Origin: Candidatus Omnitrophota bacterium
GTDB lineage: Bacteria; Omnitrophota; Gorgyraeia; Duberdicusellales; 4484-171
Length of the DNA stretch: 64,000 nt
Direction: 5' to 3'
NCBI GenBank assembly: GCA_037146775.1
Contig: JBAWWL010000005.1
Location: 102,241-166,240 of the forward strand
Positions within the stretch are counted from its first letter, which is position 1, and each line of letters begins with the position of its first letter. The notes beneath the pieces were generated by a model. It was not told where the DNA came from and ran no database searches. It saw only the letters and a program-made list of their open reading frames with translations. Made by a program: the position numbers and the translations under genes. This document shows, piece after piece, positions 57,640 to 64,000 of the stretch.

Positions 57640-59331
57640 ATGCTTACCTATATGAGAAAAAATATCAAAGCATGTACCAGCCATAACGGCCAGGTTGCGG
57701 TGTATTTTATCGGAGCTATGGCCACCTTAGTGGTAGTGGCTTTTATTATTATTAATATAGGTAAGACTGCCAAAGATAAAACTCATGCGGATAATGCCGC
57801 TGACGCAGCAGCCTTAGCCGGCTGCTCAGTCATGGCTACTTCCTTTAATTATTCTTCTCATGATAACAGTAATGAGCCTCGAGGCGTTGGCGTGCCCGGG
57901 CCAGCAGCAAGTACGGGTTCTCAGGTATCCCTTTCTAATTCCGGCTATAAAGCTGCCATAGGAGGCATGATGCACCGGCATTTCCAACAGGCGCGTAATG
58001 AGTATAAACGCAAAGCTACAGAAGCTAAACGTAAAGCCAGAAAAAATTCTATGGAACGCTCAAACGAGAACCAAACTTCTATGTATGACCCGAGCGCTTT
58101 TGCTGCAGAGAGCGCGGATTATCAAGCTTCCAAAGAAGGCGAAGCCAACCGTTTTAATATCGAACAACAACAGATAGCAGCTGAAGAGTGGAAAGCTTGG
58201 TCTGACCAGCAATATATGGCAAGGTCGTATACTGTTGATAAGCCTGGTTTTGGTTTTGCCGGGACCGGAGGCTCTGTCGGGTTAAGCGGCACTAGTAGGG
58301 TCGCATCTCTTAGTAACGTGCCTACCCCTCAGCCTAGCGATGGTGACGCGGGAGTCGGTGATCCTTATGGTGAAAATGCTGCTTCATCTGGAGAGGCAAA
58401 ATCTTCAGATTACCACAGCCAAGCTTTAGTAGTAGCCTATAAAGTTCTTTTTCAGAATGCGGGCATTCATCACCGTTTGGGCCGTTTAACCAGCAAGATG
58501 TATGAAAAGTTCTTAGAGGGTATTAGCGAGGGAACCGTGCAAAGCGGTATGCCGCTTACTTTCTGGTGGGTGGATGGTGCTGCGCGTTTTCACATGGTGA
58601 CTGGCGTGGTAGAAATCGAATCTGCCAACAAGCATCAAAAAAGAACTACTCCTGGTGGCGGCGCTGGCGCTGCTTCAGTAGCTGCCAGTTTATCTTCTGG
58701 TTGGAAAGGAAAATTTGCTATGACTGGCATTATGGGTTTGCGTATGTCTTCCATGCAATCAGCCACCGGCTATAGCACCCATACCGGACTCAATTCCACT
58801 GCTAAAGGTCATGATATTACCGCCCAGAACCCTTGTTTGTACCCGATCTTCCGGCCCTTAGGTATGGCTACTTCAGGTGCGGCTGAGGGAACTGCGCGTG
58901 GCCAGGGAGATACGCCCAGTGAAATGCATCAGGCTTTAAACGGCGGTGACGCTTTGCCTACTGCTGGTTTAGTCAGTGCTGGATCAAGTCCGATGGGAGC
59001 GGCTTCTATGAAGCTTGCGGTAGGGGGCGGCCCCACTAGCGGAGATCCTACGTATGCTGGTACCATGAGTGACGGAACTCCTAGCGACGATAATGCGGTG
59101 AGAGATGATGAGATTGTTAATTCCCGTATGGTTATGGCTTCCTGTTTTCAGTTTCATATGGGTAGCCCCATTAAAGGCATTGCTGCGGATATCGATGTAA
59201 TGACTTTTTATCCGCCGGTGGTAAGCATGGCAGTAGCCAGCTTTAACTATACTGGTATGGGCAACATTGCTCGTGCTAGTGGCGATGGTTCTGATGCGCG
59301 GCATGAATGCGGCTTGGTAGCAGCATTCTAA
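57640..59331 (+). CDS. TadG-like pilus tip/adhesin protein
   Basis: NG-QVAVYF plus TM helix and NAADAAALAG; Gly/Ser/Ala-rich body. Confidence 0.75.
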   Translation: MLTYMRKNIKACTSHNGQVAVYFIGAMATLVVVAFIIINIGKTAKDKTHADNAADAAALAGCSVMATSFNYSSHDNSNEPRGVGVPGPAASTGSQVSLSNSGYKAAIGGMMHRHFQQARNEYKRKATEAKRKARKNSMERSNENQTSMYDPSAFAAESADYQASKEGEANRFNIEQQQIAAEEWKAWSDQQYMARSYTVDKPGFGFAGTGGSVGLSGTSRVASLSNVPTPQPSDGDAGVGDPYGENAASSGEAKSSDYHSQALVVAYKVLFQNAGIHHRLGRLTSKMYEKFLEGISEGTVQSGMPLTFWWVDGAARFHMVTGVVEIESANKHQKRTTPGGGAGAASVAASLSSGWKGKFAMTGIMGLRMSSMQSATGYSTHTGLNSTAKGHDITAQNPCLYPIFRPLGMATSGAAEGTARGQGDTPSEMHQALNGGDALPTAGLVSAGSSPMGAASMKLAVGGGPTSGDPTYAGTMSDGTPSDDNAVRDDEIVNSRMVMASCFQFHMGSPIKGIAADIDVMTFYPPVVSMAVASFNYTGMGNIARASGDGSDARHECGLVAAF

Positions 59332-59346
59332 AGCAGGCAGCTGGCT

Positions 59347-60237
59347 ATGAAAAATTATAAATTTTTTATTTTTGGTTTCTTTCTTCTATTTTTCCTGCCT
59401 TTTTTAGCCGAAAGCCAAACAGCTCCCCCTGACACCCCGGCATTCCCCTTACCTATGCATACTGAAAAAATCGGAGAAAGAACCGAAGAGGTTGACGGAT
59501 TTGTTAATACTTTTTACCAATATTTTTCTCAGCTTTCTAGCCAAGAAATTATTGAATTTTACCGTAATGCATTAGTCGAGCAGGGCTTAGAGGAGGTAGA
59601 GGTCTCTCCAGGTCCGGCTTCCGTTGCAGTACATTTTGCTAAAGGTAAAAGCAGAATTGTTTTCGTAGTACTTTATATTTGGAATAAGCCGCTCGACCAG
59701 TGGGCCAAGGAAGATGAAGGAAAGACCGTATATTTTCTCAATGTTTTCGATAATCGCGATGTTTTACAGCTGGCTAACGCCGAATTTAAATATCCGGACA
59801 GGCTTAGCTTCGCTCCGGTGTATCCCCAAGCCAAGCAGTTTTGTTTACGCGATGAGCCTTCTAAATGGAAAGTTGCTGCTTACTTAAGCGACGGCGAGGT
59901 TGAAAAAATAGCTAACTTTTATATGAAAGAAATGCCGCAGTATAATTGGAAGTTTACCGGTACCAATAGTTATGAAAGCAACCAGAATATTGTCGACGCT
60001 CTCTTAAACGGCGACCCTAACCCGAAAAAACTTTCCGGAGAAGAAATGATGCCGGGAGTAACCGTAGACGTGAAAGGAGCCACTTTAACGTATGCACAAG
60101 GAGACGGTAAACGTTGTGCTATCAATATTATGCAGTTTCGTGATCCGCCGGACGTGCTCGCGCAGCACAGAATTAACCCGAGTGCTTTTAAAAAATACGG
60201 CAATATTTATATCAGTTTAGTGGTGTATGACCAGTGA
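59347..60237 (+). CDS. Secreted protein with two repeated domains (paralog a)
   Basis: Signal peptide; YFSQLSSQEIIEFYR and YLSDGEVEKIANFY. Confidence 0.7.
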   Translation: MKNYKFFIFGFFLLFFLPFLAESQTAPPDTPAFPLPMHTEKIGERTEEVDGFVNTFYQYFSQLSSQEIIEFYRNALVEQGLEEVEVSPGPASVAVHFAKGKSRIVFVVLYIWNKPLDQWAKEDEGKTVYFLNVFDNRDVLQLANAEFKYPDRLSFAPVYPQAKQFCLRDEPSKWKVAAYLSDGEVEKIANFYMKEMPQYNWKFTGTNSYESNQNIVDALLNGDPNPKKLSGEEMMPGVTVDVKGATLTYAQGDGKRCAINIMQFRDPPDVLAQHRINPSAFKKYGNIYISLVVYDQ

Positions 60238-60286
60238 AATTTTACTTGTGTATGGAATAGTTTACAATAAAATATAAATGGTAGTT

Positions 60287-60451
60287 ATGAAAAATAAAAG
60301 ATCCAAATCTCAGGCAATACTCACCTACGCAGCGCTTATCGCTATCGTCATTACCGTGCTTATTATTATGTGGGGCTATATCCAGCGCCGAGTGCAGGGT
60401 GTGTACCAGGCAGCTGGCGATTCTATCGGCGAAGGCGAGCAGAAAGATTAA
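60287..60451 (+). CDS. Prepilin-like protein 14 (54 aa, not in ORF track)
   Basis: MKNKRSKS-QAILTYAALIAIVITVLIIMWGYIQRRVQG. Confidence 0.78.
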   Translation: MKNKRSKSQAILTYAALIAIVITVLIIMWGYIQRRVQGVYQAAGDSIGEGEQKD

Positions 60452-60452
60452 C

Positions 60453-61295
60453 GTGGCTTTTAAAAAATATATAACAAGCTTATTCTTCCTGATAACTTTT
60501 TTTCTGCAATGTTTTGTGTGTGCGGCTGACTTGCCTTGTCCCGCTTCAAGTGAATTAGTCCAACAATCACAACAGGATACCGCGAATATGAATAATACGA
60601 GCTATGAATACCGCTCCAAACTTTCTAAAGAAGAAATAACTTCCTTTTACCGTACCCTATTTCTTACACAAGGCATGAAAGAAAATCCTGCCACAAAAGA
60701 TACTCTGGTATTTGCAAAATTCCCCCAAAAAATAGTGACCATTACTTTTAGCTCGGATCCGGACGGCCAAGTACGTTTTATGTTTACGAAAAGCGAGTTT
60801 ACCAAGATGCAAATTGTGCCTACCCAGGATTTCAAAAGTCCGCAAACTCTCGATTTTATGCCTACCTATACCCAAAGCCAACAATTTGTCTATAACACTT
60901 TTTACTATCCGATGATCGGCATAGCGTATCTTTCGCGCAGCCAACCCGATGATGTGGCTGGTTTTTATACCAAAAGAATGTCTTCTTTTGGCTGGCAGCT
61001 GGCTTCCGATACACCGCAGCAGGGAACGTACGATCTTTTTGCCTGGATAAGGGTAATTGATCCCTTCACCAAGGCAATACCAATGCTTCAGGTTACCGGA
61101 TATCAGGAATTGGCTCCGCCGCTTAAGCTTCGCGGTAGAACGCTGACCTTTAAACAGGAGGGCAAAAGCTGCACTATTACCATTTATAAATTCGAAGATA
61201 TTATTGCTAAGGCTCAAGGTACTGCCTGGGATGCGAGTCCTTTTCAGCAATATGGCGATACGGTTATTGCGGTGTATTATTTTTCAAAAACATAA
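60453..61295 (+). CDS. Secreted protein with two repeated domains (paralog b)
   Basis: GTG start right after the pilin stop; YRSKLSKEEITSFYR and YLSRSQPDDVAGFY. Confidence 0.7.
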   Translation: MAFKKYITSLFFLITFFLQCFVCAADLPCPASSELVQQSQQDTANMNNTSYEYRSKLSKEEITSFYRTLFLTQGMKENPATKDTLVFAKFPQKIVTITFSSDPDGQVRFMFTKSEFTKMQIVPTQDFKSPQTLDFMPTYTQSQQFVYNTFYYPMIGIAYLSRSQPDDVAGFYTKRMSSFGWQLASDTPQQGTYDLFAWIRVIDPFTKAIPMLQVTGYQELAPPLKLRGRTLTFKQEGKSCTITIYKFEDIIAKAQGTAWDASPFQQYGDTVIAVYYFSKT

Positions 61296-61306
61296 AGAGG
61301 TGAACC

Positions 61307-61804
61307 ATGGACTATAAACGCGTTATTTTTTTATTCGCTTGGTTTTTTGTTTTTATTGCTGCCATGACTCAAACCGAAAAGCTTACAAAGCTTACCCCGC
61401 GTAATACCGAATTAATTGACCGCCGGCAGCAAAAACCAGAGCAGTATGTTACGGTAACAAACTATAAGTATGCTACCTTAGCTCGCCAAGACGAAGTAGT
61501 GCAATTTTATCGCAAAATGTTTACAAACGACGGCTTTTCTGAAGTACGTGGCTATTCGCCTGATGGCCAGTCTCAGGGGCCCATTCCACAGTCTCAGTCG
61601 TTCTTTTTCTTTACCAAGCCCAATACTATGGTTATGCTCAATTTGCTTCTACAGCAAGAGAGGGGCCGGCATATTTACTATGTTACCGTCAACGAACTTG
61701 ATTCCAAAGCCGCTAAAACTTTTGTTAATGAAATGAATCAAAATACGGGTGCCCAAGAAGGACCTCTTGAGTCTGAAGCAACCGAGGTAACTCCGCAAGA
61801 GTAA
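61307..61804 (+). CDS. Secreted/anchored protein with one repeat domain (paralog c)
   Basis: N-terminal hydrophobic segment; YATLARQDEVVQFYRKMF. Confidence 0.65.
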   Translation: MDYKRVIFLFAWFFVFIAAMTQTEKLTKLTPRNTELIDRRQQKPEQYVTVTNYKYATLARQDEVVQFYRKMFTNDGFSEVRGYSPDGQSQGPIPQSQSFFFFTKPNTMVMLNLLLQQERGRHIYYVTVNELDSKAAKTFVNEMNQNTGAQEGPLESEATEVTPQE

Positions 61805-61989
61805 AAAAAGAAGAAACGAAGAGTATATTTTTGCCCGCTTTTTTGCCAGAGCGTTATGCGAGGCACTCCTCATTTCCTTTTTGATCCAAAAATTTGCATT
61901 AGAAAGTGATTGGCGTGTTTTACCCATTGAAAGGGTTGTGGTTGTGCAATAATTTTCTGCACTAAAGAAGTGCAGGCAAATCTTGGGAT

Positions 61990-62120
61990 TACCCCGCCGT
62001 TTTCCAAAATTTCCATAGCCCAGCAGGCTGCCCTACGGGCGCCTGTTGGTTAGAAATTTCGGCGGTGGCCCTTCGGACAGATTTTTCCTGCTCCCGAAGG
62101 GAGCGAAAAAAATCTGGGTT
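61990..62120 (+). repeat. Cloverleaf palindromic element, family B copy 2
   Basis: TACCCCGCC...GGCGGT-GGCCCTTCGG-hairpin-GGTT. Confidence 0.55.
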
Positions 62121-62351
62121 GATCTCTTTTTACACTATTGTCAGGCCCAAGCTTCCTGGTTAGCCGCCATCACAAGAATCACACTTCCTAAAATCAAGTA
62201 AAATCAAGGGTCAAACCTCAAAACTAAAAACTAGCTTTTTGACAGGGAAAAATGAACCTATTTTTATAAGGATAAAGTTGAGGGCGGGAGACAAGTTTCT
62301 CTCTATTTATCAAACAAGGCGCGTAGATAGTAAAAATTTTGGTGTAAAATT

Positions 62352-62606
62352 TTATTTCTTGGTAAACAACAAAAAGATCAGGTAATAAACAATAACCATA
62401 ACCAGAAAGGCTATTATATGGTTTTGATTGCCGTTGCACACTGAAGGTAAGATGAGATCAAGGCTTATGAGTTTAAAATAGTTTAAATGCCTGGCCGTGC
62501 CCTCGGTGATGGTGCGTCCAATCACGATACCAATGTGTACTGCTGCGGAAAGCAAAATTAATTTGAAAAAAGCATCTATAAACCGGTTTGCTGTTATTTT
62601 TGCCAT
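62352..62606 (-). CDS. Small membrane protein
   Basis: Two hydrophobic segments; RBS AGGAGG upstream on the minus strand. Confidence 0.6.
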   Translation of the reverse strand: MAKITANRFIDAFFKLILLSAAVHIGIVIGRTITEGTARHLNYFKLISLDLILPSVCNGNQNHIIAFLVMVIVYYLIFLLFTKK

Positions 62607-62787
62607 TGATGTATAGACCTCCTTTTATGCTATTGTAGCACTTTTTGACCACGAAGCAATTTGCGATTGAAAAGTGCGGAAAAAAAACGTATAATAAATG
62701 TAATAATCATAGAGACTATAATAAGTATATACCCGTTCGTAAAAAAACTATAGTCCCGAAGCCGTAACGCTATACAAAGGAGAGAGC

Positions 62788-63633
62788 GTGTTATATTTTT
62801 CTTACATTCTGCTTACTGCCGCAATCGTTATATTTTCTTACTACGGCGTAACGATGGCATTAAAGCAGTGGGACCAAACCCAGAAGCGCCGCGCAGAAGA
62901 AGTTACCTCCCAGTTCGAGAACATGTTTATCTTCATTAACAAGAAGATGCTTCTTCTTCTCTTTCCTATTGTTGCGCTGGCTCTGGCAGCCCTGGGTTAT
63001 ATCTTTACGAAAAAATGGTGGATTGGCGCCGTTCTTTTAGCGGTCGGTTTTTTAGCCCCTTCCTGGGTCATGCATCAGCTTGACCAGCGCCGCCGGAAGA
63101 AATTTGTCCTGCAGCTGGTGGACGGCCTGATGATTATGAACAGCTGTTTAAAGGGAGGCCTTACCTTAACTCAATCGTTTGAGGTTTTAGCCGAGGAGAT
63201 GGCTCCGCCGCTAAGCCATGAGGCGGCGCTCTTAAACCGCGAGATTAAAGTCGGCGTCACACTCGAAGAGGCGCTTTTGCGTCTTGAGCGCAGGATGCCG
63301 TCGGAAGAAATGACCTTAGTTACTTCAGCGGTATTGGTGGCGAGAGAGACCGGAGGAGATCTTACAAAAGTATTTTCGCGATTAGTTGAAACCATCCGTG
63401 ATAGGATTAAACTTCGCGAGCTTGTTACCACACTCACCTTGCAGGCGCGCCTGCAATCCATTGTAATTTCACTCTTGGGCCCTGTATTTTTTATAACGGT
63501 GCGTAAAATACAACCTACGCATTTTGATATCATGATGCAGGATGATCTGGGGCGAATGCTTTTAGGTATTGCGCTTATTTTGCAGATACTAGGTATTGTG
63601 TTGATTGTTATCTTTGGAAAGATAGAAGTATGA
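62788..63633 (+). CDS. tadB: TadB (T2SS F family)
   Basis: QLVDGL...LKGGLTL...ETGGDLTKVF...IRDR...QARLQ. Confidence 0.9.
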   Translation: MLYFSYILLTAAIVIFSYYGVTMALKQWDQTQKRRAEEVTSQFENMFIFINKKMLLLLFPIVALALAALGYIFTKKWWIGAVLLAVGFLAPSWVMHQLDQRRRKKFVLQLVDGLMIMNSCLKGGLTLTQSFEVLAEEMAPPLSHEAALLNREIKVGVTLEEALLRLERRMPSEEMTLVTSAVLVARETGGDLTKVFSRLVETIRDRIKLRELVTTLTLQARLQSIVISLLGPVFFITVRKIQPTHFDIMMQDDLGRMLLGIALILQILGIVLIVIFGKIEV

Positions 63634-64000
63634 TTTGGCTTGCTTCGTTATTATTGGTTGCTGGTTTTGTGATTTTTTTTATCGGTTTATATCCGCGGCC
63701 GTCAGAGACGATCTCTATTTTCGGCAAAAATATAAAAGAATCGGAATCCCTATTTTCTTTTTTCTTAAGCCCCTTTGCGCCTCTCAATGAAGGCCTTTTG
63801 AAAATTTTCCGAGTAGACAAAGCGCTTAAAGATAAATTATATTTGGCACGTTGGAGGACTACCGCGGCTGAATTTCTCGCCGCTAAGGAATTACTTGCAA
63901 TTTTTTTACCGCTCATTCTCTTCCTTTTCGGGGTCAATAATGTCTGGTTCTTGCTGGCTGCCGGCGCTTTCGGTTTCGTATTTCCTGAGTTACTCATCAA
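63630..64000 (+). CDS. tadC: TadC-like protein, truncated by window end
   Basis: ATGA overlap with tadB; open frame MIWLASLLLVAG...KLYLA...EFLAAKEL...GFVFPELLI. Confidence 0.7.
   Translation, partial: MIWLASLLLVAGFVIFFIGLYPRPSETISIFGKNIKESESLFSFFLSPFAPLNEGLLKIFRVDKALKDKLYLARWRTTAAEFLAAKELLAIFLPLILFLFGVNNVWFLLAAGAFGFVFPELLI

Noticed and set aside
57457-57684. 75-aa minus-strand ORF
   Set aside because: Translation of the heptamer repeat element
60399-60452. Track start of ORF 60399-61295
   Set aside because: Overlaps pilin 60287-60451; GTG 60453 gives a clean signal peptide
61907-62173. 6S, SRP, tmRNA or RNase P RNA call
   Set aside because: Diagnostic consensus motifs not found by eye; kept only as an unassigned structure
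63608-64000. Minus-strand 130-aa ORF
   Set aside because: Antisense shadow of the tadC-like frame on the + strand

Overview
Bacterial chromosomal window from a probable anaerobic diderm. The gene set (Tad locus, GTP-type PEPCK, sulfide-type Thi4, HARP, ETF) would fit Ca. Omnitrophota, but that is inference. Contents in order: (1) 63-5481, a DtxR/FeoA gene and a CsoR-led metal-envelope operon (porin, FMN-binding-like protein, lipoprotein, MacB-type ABC transporter, YHS protein); (2) 6448-9278, a TPP riboswitch with an unusual insertion upstream of thi4, thiM and thiE; (3) 10425-16465, an oxidative-stress cluster (Tpx-PCD fusion, PfpI, exported SOR-like protein, rubredoxin, DPS-like remnant, FprA, rubrerythrin-like protein, Grx, TrxR); (4) 16545-43869, mostly housekeeping genes (pckG, purC, etfBA, smc with a miniature hinge, diguanylate cyclase, queA, EF-G paralog plus a P-loop-less YchF, purH, folC, mnmE, folE, UvrD, two CNNM proteins, HARP); (5) 44022-64000, a large Tad/Flp pilus locus. 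That locus has a secretin-TonB_C fusion, a CpaE-CpaF fusion plus a second CpaF, a transposase-derived ORF, and a c-di-GMP-I ON riboswitch directly upstream of 14 class III (prepilin-like) ORFs, three of them too short for the ORF track. Four families of small structured or periodic repeats occur in intergenic regions. I saw no rRNA, tRNA or CRISPR array. All calls come from motif recognition by eye; no searches were run.
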